DNA of 64,000 nucleotides from IMG/VR virus record IMGVR_UViG_3300034121_000940, positions 57,673 to 121,672 of that record. One strand, given 5' to 3'. The notes below the pieces were generated by a model that did no database searches, was not told where the DNA came from, and worked only from the letters and a program-made list of their open reading frames with translations. Position numbers and translations under genes: made by a program. This DNA is from a virus. Positions 40,378 through 50,172 of this stretch are shown here, in pieces; the first letter of the stretch is position 1; each line of letters begins with the position of its first letter.

Positions 40378-41371
40378 TGAAGAGTTAGAGCAGTTCTATA
40401 AGAAGAAGTTTTACTTCAGTTATAGTGGAATTAATAAGTTATTATATTCCCCGGTGGTATTTTACAACCATTATGTTCTTAATCAAAGAGAGGACTCTAC
40501 AGACGCGCACCTTGTTGCAGGGCGCGTTCTGCATTGTCTACTATTTGAAGAAGAAAAATTTGATGAGCAATTCTTAGAGCTACCAGGTAAGATGCCTACA
40601 GATAACCAAAGAAAAATCATCAGTGATTTATTTAAGATTCATTTGTCAATAGGTAATAATTCATTATCTTTGGAAGACTACTCCTATGATATTCTCACAT
40701 TACTTCTCACAGCTAATCTTTACCAATCTCTTAAAACAGATAAGCAAAGACTTGACAAGATTCTTACAGAAGAAAACAAGACTTATTTTGAATTCTTGAA
40801 AAACAGTGTTGGTAAAACAGTTGTAGATCAAGAGACTCTGAGTGGCTGCAGAGTTCAGATTGAAATTCTAAGAAGTAATAAAGATGTTAGAGCTTTATTA
40901 CAATTAGATAGAAAACCTGAAGATAATCATCTTGTTGTAGAAAGTGAGTTGCATTTAGCGTATGACAACCCTAAATTAAGCTTTGGTCTTCATGGAGTTC
41001 TTGATCATGTAGTTGTAGATTCTGAATCTAAGACTATATTCATCAATGATCTCAAGACAACATCAAAAGCAATCCAAGATTTTCCAGAGACTGTAGAATA
41101 TTATAAGTATTGGATGCAAGCCGTTATTTATACTATTCTTGCAAATAACAAATATCTTGCTGACAAAGAGGATAAGTTTGATTGGAAGTTCCAAGTAACA
41201 TTTATTGTTATTGACAAGTATAATCTAGTGTATCCATTCCAAGTTAGCCAAGAAACCTTAGAGAAATGGAAGGAGTCTTTTAATGAAATAGTGAAAACTA
41301 TTAAGTGGCACTATGATAATAAAAGATATGACCTACCATACTCATTAGTTGTTAATAATGTAAAATTGTAG
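40349..41371 (+). CDS. PD-(D/E)XK exonuclease (RecE/DUF3799-like)
   Basis: FSYSGI, GRVLHCLL, HGVLDH..., INDLKTT and YWMQAVIY; start uncertain (GTG 40349). Confidence 0.8.
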   Translation: METQKLIGSNEELEQFYKKKFYFSYSGINKLLYSPVVFYNHYVLNQREDSTDAHLVAGRVLHCLLFEEEKFDEQFLELPGKMPTDNQRKIISDLFKIHLSIGNNSLSLEDYSYDILTLLLTANLYQSLKTDKQRLDKILTEENKTYFEFLKNSVGKTVVDQETLSGCRVQIEILRSNKDVRALLQLDRKPEDNHLVVESELHLAYDNPKLSFGLHGVLDHVVVDSESKTIFINDLKTTSKAIQDFPETVEYYKYWMQAVIYTILANNKYLADKEDKFDWKFQVTFIVIDKYNLVYPFQVSQETLEKWKESFNEIVKTIKWHYDNKRYDLPYSLVVNNVKL

Positions 41372-41376
41372 GTATT

Positions 41377-42367
41377 ATGGCTTTAAATTCAGTGTATAGG
41401 AAATATTTCCAAAAATCCCAAGTGTTTTTATATCCGCTCTTGGGAATTAAAAGAGGTGCAGCTTATGTTCCTAAATCAACTTATGTTGCTTGGGAAGATA
41501 ATGATGTTACCTCTGAGGATATGAAACTTGTATGTGTATATGAGAATGATGGATCAAATACATTTGATGTATTTGTGAAAACAGTGTTGCTTAAACATTC
41601 TAGATTATTTGGATATGTTAAAGCTGACTCAAAAACTAGTGTATTCACATTTGAGTTTTCTGATTTGGTAGCTGATTGGGACCATTTTTTAAATGGTAAG
41701 TATAGTAAAATGAATCTGAATTTAAAGGAAAAAATTCTAAACTTTTTTGATCCACAGACAGGTAACTTTCAATATGTAAAAAGCTATTTATACCCTGATA
41801 AGTATTATGGTGCTTATGCAGAATTGTTAGCTACTGATGTGGAAATATTAAAATCTGTAGGTGAGTTATGTAGCAAACCTGATTTGGAACAAGAAATGTT
41901 ACAATTAGAGATTGCTAATTTAGGGTCTATAGAAGAAAGTACAGTAAATTTGTTAAATAATAAAATAAATACCTATGAAAAACACAATGATGATTGTCCA
42001 AGCAACTTGGAATGAAACACAAACTTTTAGATTAATTCCAATTTCAACAGAATGTCCTTATGTTGAATGTATTTTTGATCCAGCTACAAAAGTGTTTGTA
42101 ATTATATCAAAAATTACTAAACAAAGTTTACACATGTTACCTAAAATGGATGAGAATGGTGATCCAATAGCATGTAAAACTAGAAGACCTAATGGTAGAA
42201 ACTTCAAAGAAGAGAGAAACAAAATTGAAGTTTTTCAAGAGTATTATGTTGAAGATAGAATTGCTATTGAAGATTTAATCAATCTTTTTGCAATCAATGC
42301 TTCTACATTTGATTACAAAGCATTCTTAGAAAAAGTTGAAGAAGCAGTTGTATCTGAAGCAAACTAA
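41377..42367 (+). CDS. two hypothetical proteins (41377-42015, 41975-42367)
   Basis: ORF track; terminator hairpin at 42376-42409. Confidence 0.7.
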
Positions 42368-42444
42368 TGACTAATACACAGAGTGTCATTAGTGATGCTC
42401 TGTGTTTTTAACTAAATGGGGAAACAGCTTAACTGAATATTTTT

Positions 42445-42639
42445 ATGGATTTAAAAAGTAAAGAATACCTGTTACATGAGTTTCCAGTTGGAAAACATAA
42501 AGGTGAAAGAATAAGTGAATGTAGAAGTCTAAATTATTTAGAGTGGATGTTTGAAACACTTAAACTAGATGATACTACAAGACAAGTAATAGGTCTTAGA
42601 ATTTATCAGTTATCAAATCCTAATGCACAAAGAAGATGA
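42445..42639 (+). CDS. small DUF3820 / ExoX C-terminal-like protein
   Basis: FPVGKHKGERISE....YLEWM. Confidence 0.6.
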   Translation: MDLKSKEYLLHEFPVGKHKGERISECRSLNYLEWMFETLKLDDTTRQVIGLRIYQLSNPNAQRR

Positions 42640-45588
42640 GGACCAATTATGTAATGGACTACGAGACTTTAAAGAATTGTTTTGTGGCTGTGTATGAGGA
42701 TGTTAAGTCTGACAATAAAGAAATATTTGTGTGTCATGAATCCAGAAATGATATCTTTGATTTAATAACATTTTTAGAACACAATATTGCCTATAATGAA
42801 TGGCATATAAGCTTTAATGGCTTAGCTTTTGATGCTCAAATAACTCAGCATATTCTTAAAAATAAGCAGATGTTACTTGCAAGCAATGGAGACAAGATAG
42901 CAAGATTTCTTTATTACAAAGCACAAGATGTAATTAATAGACAAAACAATGGTGAGTTTGCAGAGTTTAAACCCAAAGACATCAAGATTAGTCAGATTGA
43001 TTTGTTTAAACTTAATCACTGGGATAATCCAGCTAAAAGAAGTTCATTGAAGTGGATTCAGTATACAATGGATTGGACCAACATAGTTGACATGCCTATT
43101 CATCATACTAAGGAAATTACTGCGGATGAAATTGACATGGTTATTAGTTACTGTATTAATGATGTCAAGTCTACTAAAGCTATTCTGATGTTATCTAAGA
43201 GTCAGATTGATCTCCGGAAAAATCTAACTATGGAGTATAACATAGATTTATTCAGTGCATCTGAGCCTAGAATTTCTAAAGAATTGTTCCTGCATTTCTT
43301 GAGTGAGAAAACTGGATACAAGAAATGGGACCTTAAACAACTAAGAACTTATAGAACTCAGATTAAGTTTGAAGATATAATTCTACCTTATGTAAGTTTT
43401 GAGACTGCAACATTTCAAAATCTACTAAAGAAGTTTAAGGAGATTGTTTTGAACCCTACACATACTAAAGGAGGCTTTAAGTATTCCGTCCAGTATAAGG
43501 GTGTGAAAACAGATTTTGGTCTGGGTGGTGTGCATGGTGCTAAAACAAGTGGAGTATATGAATCAGATGATGAGATGGTAATCATGTCTTCAGATGTTGT
43601 CAGCTACTATCCAAACTTGGCTATTAGAAATAAGTGGGCTCCATACCATCTTCCTAAAGCAGAATTCTGTGAGCTGTATGAATGGTTCTTTGATGAGAGA
43701 AAAAAGATAAGCAAAAAGGACCCAAAAAACTATGTATATAAGATCATCTTAAATTCAACTTATGGTTTGAGTAATGATGAGAATAGTTTCTTGTATGATC
43801 CTGAGTTTACTATGAGAATTACTGTAAATGGTCAGCTTAGTCTAATGATGCTGTATGAGATGATTTGTGAAGAAATTCCAGATGTCATCCCATTAATGCA
43901 AAATACAGATGGTCTAGAGACAATGATTCCTAGAAAGTATTATGATAAGTATATGGAAATATGCGAGAGATGGCAGGATATAACTAATTTGCAGCTAGAG
44001 CATGATACATATAGTAAAGTAGTGCTTGGTGACGTTAATATTAGCGTCTTAACCTTGTGAATTGCTGGAATATCCTAAAGCTTTATAAACTACAACATGG
44101 CTTGAAAAGGCGGGTGTGAATGTTAAAAATTATAAAGATGTCTAATGGACAATCAGCAGCCAAGACCCTTTAAAATGGGTAAGGTTCAGAGACTATCGAA
44201 ACTACAGTAATGTTAACTGGAAAGGAGTAGAGTACACTTAAATGTGGAAGTGCAAGGCAATTATTAATCTTTTGTTTGGTTATAACAATTATATTGCATA
44301 TATTGCAGTATGAAAGCAAACAAAAATCATAAAAGGTGTGGTATTTATTGTATTAAAAACACTATAAACAATAAAGTTTATATTGGAAAATCAATAGATA
44401 TCTACAGAAGAATTAAAGAGCACATAAATATGTTAAACTTAAAGCGTAAAGATGAAAATGCTCATCTTACAAATGCTTGGCATAAATATGGAGCTGATTC
44501 TTTTGAATATAGTGTATTAGAATATTTAGAAGCAGATGAAAAAAATGTTGCTATAAGAGAATTACATTGGATGAAACAGTTCAATGCTCTTAATAAGGAA
44601 TATGGGTATAATTTAAGAAGTGATTCAGATTCAAAAATGATAGTTCATTTAGATACAAGTACTAAAATATCCAACAGGCTTAAAGCTGAATGGAAAGCTG
44701 GTATTAGAGATGGACATAGTGCAAAATTAAAAAGTTCTTGGAAACAAGACACTAATAGAAAAACAGCACAATCAGCATTGTTATCAAAAACACTTACTAA
44801 ATATGCTTATGAGTTATACAATTTAGAACAAGTTTATATTAAAACTTGTACTTATCAAGAACTTATTGAGTTAAGTCTTAAAAACTGTATTGCTACATTC
44901 TGTAGAAAAAAACTTGATTACATAAAATTTAAAGCCTATTATATTAAAAAGATTAAAATTGAAGATATAGTCCAAACTAATTAGAAATAATTAGATAAGA
45001 AGTAATAATTACATTGCTATTACTGAGAGAAAGAAAGTAGACAAAGAAGTCTATGATGAACTCAAGAAAAAAGTTCCATATGATGTTTATGAAGAAATTG
45101 ATGGAGAATATTTCTTCAAAGCAACTAAGTCAAAAGGCCGGTTTGAGTTTGCTAATCTAGCATTACACAAAAACAAAAGCTTCTTGATTATTCCAAAGGC
45201 TGTATTTATGTATTTTGTACATGGAATAAAACCTGAAGAGTATCTTCTTACTGAGAAGAACATATTTGATTACTGCGGTGGTGTAAAAATTAAAGGGAAT
45301 TGGGAATTTGTAGAACATCATGTAGATGATGGTATATATGCAAAAGACAAATTACAAGATACATTGAGGTATTATATCTCTAAGACCGGTAGTAAAGTAA
45401 TCAAACAAAACAGAGGAGACAACCGTGAGATTCAGATAGAAGCTGGACGCTGGTTGCAAACAGTTTATGTAAAACATGTAGAAAAGCCATTTGATGATTA
45501 TGGTATCAATCTGAGTTATTACTTAGATAAGATTTATAAAGAGGTTGAATCTCTTGAGCCAGTAGTAAATCAATTAAAATTATTTTGA
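42636..45588 (+). CDS. polB: family B DNA polymerase, spliced: exons 42636-44035 and 45003-45588, 661 aa
   Basis: Exo DYE and FN...FD; SDVVSYYPN, KIILNSTYG and NTDG; joining restores GDV|NNYIA followed by KSKGRF. Confidence 0.92.
44036..45002 (+). mobile_element. group I intron (967 nt) in polB
   Basis: P1 GACGU|UAA-UA-UUAGCGUC with U-G; AATTGCTGGAA, AATCAGCAGCCAA, GTTCAGAGACTA and GATATAGTCC; terminal G at 45002. Confidence 0.92.
44310..44984 (+). CDS. intron-encoded GIY-YIG homing endonuclease
   Basis: CGIYCI...KVYIGKS..IYRR..EH...RE..W...GYN. Confidence 0.9.
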   Translation: MKANKNHKRCGIYCIKNTINNKVYIGKSIDIYRRIKEHINMLNLKRKDENAHLTNAWHKYGADSFEYSVLEYLEADEKNVAIRELHWMKQFNALNKEYGYNLRSDSDSKMIVHLDTSTKISNRLKAEWKAGIRDGHSAKLKSSWKQDTNRKTAQSALLSKTLTKYAYELYNLEQVYIKTCTYQELIELSLKNCIATFCRKKLDYIKFKAYYIKKIKIEDIVQTN

Positions 45589-45589
45589 C

Positions 45590-46744
45590 ATGCCAAAAAG
45601 AATTAGCGAGTGTAGCAAAGCACATTTAATTAATGTGCCGCTACCACAACACGGATCAACTTATACAGTAATCAGCCACCAATTTGTGATTGATTATGTT
45701 CACCAAGCTTTAGCAACGGCAGGGTTTGTTATTTTACATGAAGAATACAGATGTACAGCAGATGGTCAAATAGCTCAAGGTATTCATAAGTTATCTTATA
45801 ATAATGACCCTGAGTTATCAATGATGTTTGCTTGGACTAATAGCTACAACAAACAGATTAAATTTAAATGTATTGTTGGTGCTTACATTGAAACTAGCAG
45901 CACTGTGATGGTATCCGGTGACATGGGAGTTTGGATTAGAAAACATATGGGTACTGCAGACACTGAGACTAAAGATACAATTGATGAGCAGATTCAAAAT
46001 GCACATCAATATTATGCTCAACTGTTGTCCGATAAGAATGAAATGGTTGACAAGACCCTGGACAAAAGAAAAAAGGCTCAGCTTTTAGGTATTTTGTTTG
46101 CTGAGTATGGAGTGTTAACTACAGAGCAAGCTAGTATTGTAAAGAACTTTATTGATAGACCAATGAAAAACTTTACAAATCCTGATAGCTTATGGACTTT
46201 CTATAATGCAGTTACTATTGCTTTACAACAGTCACATCCTAGAACTTGGATGGAGGACCAAAGAGTGTTACACTATTTTATAGATAGTATCTACAAGTTT
46301 CCTAAACAAGTTTACACAGCTCCAGTAGTTGCTGTTGAACCTGTAGAAGATGTAGTAGAAGAAACAGTTACTCCAGAAGCCTCTGAAGAAATTCCGGATC
46401 CTAATCAAATAAACATCTTTGATGTTATTGAAGAGGAAGAAATGGCTGTTTGTCCTTCACCAGCTGAAGTTATTGAAGAACCAGAAGTAGAAAGTGAGTT
46501 TGCTGCTGAAGACAATATTGATGATGTGATTCAATATACAGACCCTGCGGGAAATACATTTGAAGCACCTGTAGTGGACACACCTGTTTCTATAGAAGAA
46601 ACAAAAACTGAAAAATTATCACTTGATGATATTTTGATAAGATTACCAAATGAAGAGAAAGCTAAAGAAGAACCAGATTTTTCATTAGACTTTACACCTT
46701 CAGATGAAGAAGAAGATTCTGATTTCATACCTGATTTGTTTTAA
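45590..46744 (+). CDS. DUF932-like protein with an acidic C-terminal tail
   Basis: P....TYTVISH, NSYNK, RKHMG and SLWTFYNAVT. Confidence 0.6.
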   Translation: MPKRISECSKAHLINVPLPQHGSTYTVISHQFVIDYVHQALATAGFVILHEEYRCTADGQIAQGIHKLSYNNDPELSMMFAWTNSYNKQIKFKCIVGAYIETSSTVMVSGDMGVWIRKHMGTADTETKDTIDEQIQNAHQYYAQLLSDKNEMVDKTLDKRKKAQLLGILFAEYGVLTTEQASIVKNFIDRPMKNFTNPDSLWTFYNAVTIALQQSHPRTWMEDQRVLHYFIDSIYKFPKQVYTAPVVAVEPVEDVVEETVTPEASEEIPDPNQINIFDVIEEEEMAVCPSPAEVIEEPEVESEFAAEDNIDDVIQYTDPAGNTFEAPVVDTPVSIEETKTEKLSLDDILIRLPNEEKAKEEPDFSLDFTPSDEEEDSDFIPDLF

Positions 46745-46764
46745 TTGTTTAATTTATTTTTTTA

Positions 46765-46797
46765 AGAGGCGGGAAACTGCCTCTTTTTTTATCTTTG
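46765..46797 (+). terminator. terminator overlapping a TATCTTTG -7 box
   Basis: AGAGGCGG-GAAA-CTGCCTCT-T7, then TATCTTTG at 46790-46797. Confidence 0.65.
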
Positions 46798-46801
46798 CAA
46801 A

Positions 46802-46942
46802 ATGAAATTTTTAATGATTATACTAGTGCTAACTTCATGTGCTACCATGAGCGAACATGAGTGGAAAATGAAGCAAATGCATAAACAGGATAAAAAGATG
46901 ATGAAAAAAGTACAGAGAGCTATAAAGCATAGTACAAAGTAG
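46802..46942 (+). CDS. small lipoprotein (46 aa)
   Basis: Manual translation MKFLMIILVLTSC..., lipobox LTSC. Confidence 0.6.
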   Translation: MKFLMIILVLTSCATMSEHEWKMKQMHKQDKKMMKKVQRAIKHSTK

Positions 46943-47347
46943 ATGATGAGAAAGAAAAACATTGAAATTGTTCAGTTAATTCAGATACCGTTAATAAATC
47001 AAGATTTTATTTTTATATATGGTGTTAAGGATTATAAAAGATTAAGTACTTATTTTATTGGTCAACATGAATTAGCAAAAAGAGTCTATGCAGACTTTGA
47101 TAAAACTAATCCATATACAGATGCATATGTTGAATTATATACAGAAGATAATGATGATTACTATTTAAGCTTTGTTCTTAAAAAAGTTGAACTAGGAATT
47201 ATTGTACATGAGATAACACATCTTATGCAACACATAAGAACCCGCTTTTTTCCAAATGGAATAGAAAGGGAGTTTGAAGCTTATCTTACTGAATGGATAT
47301 TTAATGAGATATATAAAATATTAAAAGATAATAAATTAATACAGTAA
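46943..47347 (+). CDS. small HExxH zincin-like protein
   Basis: IVHEITHL...EFEAYL. Confidence 0.65.
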   Translation: MMRKKNIEIVQLIQIPLINQDFIFIYGVKDYKRLSTYFIGQHELAKRVYADFDKTNPYTDAYVELYTEDNDDYYLSFVLKKVELGIIVHEITHLMQHIRTRFFPNGIEREFEAYLTEWIFNEIYKILKDNKLIQ

Positions 47348-47349
47348 TC

Positions 47350-47529
47350 ATGGAAGAACAACAAATCAAAAACCAAATTGAAGAGTATAAGAAACTCTTA
47401 ACTGGTGATCTTTTTGCTGATGGTGATATTCAGCAAAAAATTTATGACTTAAAAAAACAACTGAATCCTAGAATTGAAGAACATCCTGAAGAGGATGATG
47501 ATGAGGGATGCTTAAACTGTGGTAGTTAA
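47350..47529 (+). CDS. 59-aa protein ending in a ribonucleotide-reductase-like CxxCGS tail
   Basis: Manual translation MEEQQIKNQIEEYKKLLTGDLFADGDIQQKIYDLKKQLNPRIEEHPEEDDDEGCLNCGS. Confidence 0.7.
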   Translation: MEEQQIKNQIEEYKKLLTGDLFADGDIQQKIYDLKKQLNPRIEEHPEEDDDEGCLNCGS

Positions 47530-48077
47530 TGAGTGAAGAAAATGTATCTTATAATGACACAATCCGTATTGTAAGGATTGTTATCAAGTGTTCTGATTTA
47601 TTATCAGACTATGATCTTTTAGAAGGTTATGTGAAGATTAAAAAAAGCAAATATATAAAGCATGAATTAAAAGAAACATTCTTTAATCTTGGTGAATATA
47701 TTGATAAGTTTAGCTCAGCATTCTTAAAACCTTTTGTAGAGGAAGATGATATGACTCAGATGGAATTGCAAGCTATGTTTAATGAGTTTAATAAAGGTAT
47801 TTACATTGATAACCCCCAGAAAACAGCATTCATATTACTCTATTCTAAAGTTTATTCTATAATGAATGATCTTTCAGAAATGGAATATAATGATACTATG
47901 CTAGAAGGGTTGCGTAATATATGTAAAGATTTTATTAATGAGTGTTATAAGAAACATTTTGGATTATTTAACATGCAACACAATGATGAAAATTTAGTAG
48001 TTACAATTATAACTGCTATAGATAGTTTAGGTAAAAAAATAATGTACGGTAATAAAGATGAAGGTAGAATTGATTGA
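47529..48077 (+). CDS. hypothetical helical protein
   Basis: ORF track; TAATG overlap. Confidence 0.65.
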   Translation: MSEENVSYNDTIRIVRIVIKCSDLLSDYDLLEGYVKIKKSKYIKHELKETFFNLGEYIDKFSSAFLKPFVEEDDMTQMELQAMFNEFNKGIYIDNPQKTAFILLYSKVYSIMNDLSEMEYNDTMLEGLRNICKDFINECYKKHFGLFNMQHNDENLVVTIITAIDSLGKKIMYGNKDEGRID

Positions 48078-49057
48078 TCACTTTGGAAGTGATAAAATGG
48101 TAGTAGATGTTGCCCGTGTAAGTTATAACAAAGAAGCTAGTAACTACACAGAAAAACAAAATAATAAGCTTATTAAATACTTATGGAATCATAAGCATAC
48201 AAGTCCTTTTAGACATTTGTCATTACAATTTAGAATTATTTGTCCTATTTATGTGGAAAGACAATTGTTTTAACAAATATTGTTTTTAAAGATTAAACTA
48301 TTTGGAATTATTAAATTTAATAAAGAAAAAAAACAATATTTAATAGAACCTTATATGTGGGAGCGTATAAGCAAACTCATTGAATTGCTGGAAAATCCTA
48401 CTCTTAACCAAAGACAAGAGGACAATCAGCAGCGAAGCTTTTTAGGGGAAACTCAGGAAGAACGTTCAACGACTATCCAGAAATGGAGTACACTCAAGTG
48501 AGTGGAAGCGGTGAGAACCTAGAACAGGTTATGATATAGTCTGCTCTGCATAGTAATATGCAGCAGTTCATAAGAGAACGCATTAAGAGTAACGAACTTA
48601 GTGGAACATAAGGAAACATCAAGTGGGAATATCAATTAACAGTATTTCAGGAAGATATGTAGATTTCTCAGATACTTATACTATGATTGATTTTTGGAGA
48701 GAGCAATCTAAAGATAGTAAACAAGGTAGTGCAGGTGTATTAGATACTGATACACAAGAAAAATGTAACATGATTGAGATGCATGTGTTTGAAACTTGTA
48801 AAAAAGCTTATAAAGATTTAATAGAATTAGGTGTAAGTAAAGAACAAGCTAGAACTATATTACCTCTTAACTTAAATACTACATTCATCTGGACGGGAAC
48901 ATTTCTTGCTTTTATGCATATGTGTGCTTTGAGACTTAAACCAGATACTCAGTATGAAACAAGAAAAGTTGTTGAAGCAATGTTAGGTACTTTAAGAGAG
49001 ATTCCTGAAAACCCTTTTGAACAATTATTACAAATTATAGATTCAGAATTAATATAA
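48058..49057 (+). CDS. thyX: flavin-dependent thymidylate synthase, spliced: exons 48058-48270 and 48614-49057, 218 aa
   Basis: ARVSY and HTSPF; joining gives VERQLF|KHQVGISINSISGRY; KEQARTILP and LRL...TQYE. Confidence 0.9.
48271..48613 (+). mobile_element. group I intron (343 nt) in thyX with no intact endonuclease
   Basis: Exon ends in U and intron ends in G; TGAATTGCTGGAA, GGACAATCAGCAGC, GTTCAACGACTA and GATATAGTCT core. Confidence 0.88.
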
Positions 49058-49062
49058 TCAAG

Positions 49063-49272
49063 ATGAATTTTTTAAGATATTTGATAATTAATGGTGTTCA
49101 AAGGTGGGGTTCATTTATGTGGGTAGGAACTCATGTAAGTATGACTCAAACTGATTGGCATTGGATGTTAGAAACTATCTTATGTGTTGGTTTAGATATA
49201 ATTTTAGTTATTGGTTTATATTTAGAATGGTTAGAATATAAAAAAGATAAAAATAATGAAAAAGCAAATTGA
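49063..49272 (+). CDS. small membrane protein
   Basis: Hydrophobic helices. Confidence 0.55.
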   Translation: MNFLRYLIINGVQRWGSFMWVGTHVSMTQTDWHWMLETILCVGLDIILVIGLYLEWLEYKKDKNNEKAN

Positions 49273-49651
49273 AGCTGTGCGAAAGTTCCATGAAACTTTC
49301 AAACAAGAAAATGGTGTAAAGCCAAGATTACTTAATGAAAATGAATATGCATTAAGATATAATCTTATGGCTGAAGAGAACAAAGAGTATTTTTTAGCAT
49401 GTGAGAATCAAGATCTTACAGAAATTGCTGATGCTCTGGGTGATAAACTTTACATATTGTGTGGCACTATTTTAAAGCATGGTATGCAAGACATCATAGA
49501 GAAAGTATTTGATGAGATACACTCTAGTAATATGAGTAAAGTTGGTGAAGATGGTAAAGCAATCATGAGAGAAGATGGAAAAATATTAAAGGGTTCAAAC
49601 TACTTTAAACCTAACTTAAAACAATTTATTGAAAATGCTGAGAACAAATAA
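49256..49651 (+). CDS. MazG-like / PRA-PH nucleotide pyrophosphohydrolase
   Basis: VRKFH, EENKEY, EIADALGD, EIHSSNMSK and REDGKILKG. Confidence 0.88.
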   Translation: MKKQIEAVRKFHETFKQENGVKPRLLNENEYALRYNLMAEENKEYFLACENQDLTEIADALGDKLYILCGTILKHGMQDIIEKVFDEIHSSNMSKVGEDGKAIMREDGKILKGSNYFKPNLKQFIENAENK

Positions 49652-49807
49652 AAATAGAAACAGAAGAACTGCAATAAAATTAGATCTGAGAAGTCCAATA
49701 AGCTACAAAAGATTCAAGTTTAGAGAAAACAGAAAAGGTGTTATTAATCATATCAGAAGAGATAACAGGATTAATAACATAGTAAATGATGATTTAAATT
49801 AATTGTT

Positions 49808-49981
49808 ATGCATGTAGGAGCATTTAGAAAAGCAATGGTAGAAGCATATTTAGCAGGTGCTAAAGTTATGGACTGTGGTTGTTATGACACACCAACTAAA
49901 GAAGAAGCCAGACAATGGTTTGATGATGAGTATGGTAGACAAGAGTCAGAAGAATGTGACTGCTGTGATGATGATGAATAA
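49808..49981 (+). CDS. small acidic Cys-containing protein (57 aa)
   Basis: Manual translation MHVGAFRKAMVEAYLAG...ECDCCDDDE; stops right before the terminator. Confidence 0.6.
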   Translation: MHVGAFRKAMVEAYLAGAKVMDCGCYDTPTKEEARQWFDDEYGRQESEECDCCDDDE

Positions 49982-49984
49982 ATT

Positions 49985-50016
49985 AGGGAGAGCTTTCGGG
50001 CTCTCCCTTTTTTTTT
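49985..50016 (+). terminator. terminator at the convergence of the two gene blocks
   Basis: AGGGAGAGC-TTTCGG-GCTCTCCCT followed by a T-run. Confidence 0.8.
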
Positions 50017-50154
50017 CTATCTCCCCTGTCCTTTGTAAGACTTTCGGTAGTTTTTTGACCTTTTACTTTTTGAAGTTTTAGTCTTTGCATGTACACCAGG
50101 TCTTGATACTTTTACTCTTGAAAGAGCAGACCCTGTTGAAGTTTTAGCTGCCAT
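50017..50154 (-). CDS. small very basic protein (45 aa)
   Basis: Manual translation MAAKTSTGSALSRVKVSRPGVHAKTKTSKSKRSKNYRKSYKGQGR. Confidence 0.65.
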   Translation of the reverse strand: MAAKTSTGSALSRVKVSRPGVHAKTKTSKSKRSKNYRKSYKGQGR

Positions 50155-50172
50155 TATATTTGTTTTTAATTA

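Noticed and set aside
45184-45588. Separate 134-aa gene
   Set aside because: It is the 3' part of polB exon 2; the frame is open from 45004.
48280-48501. 73-aa ORF as an independent gene
   Set aside because: Lies within the thyX intron and reads through the ribozyme core; at most an endonuclease remnant.
49857-50081. 74-aa ORF from the track
   Set aside because: Crosses the terminator. The frames 49808-49981 (+) and 50017-50154 (-) fit better.
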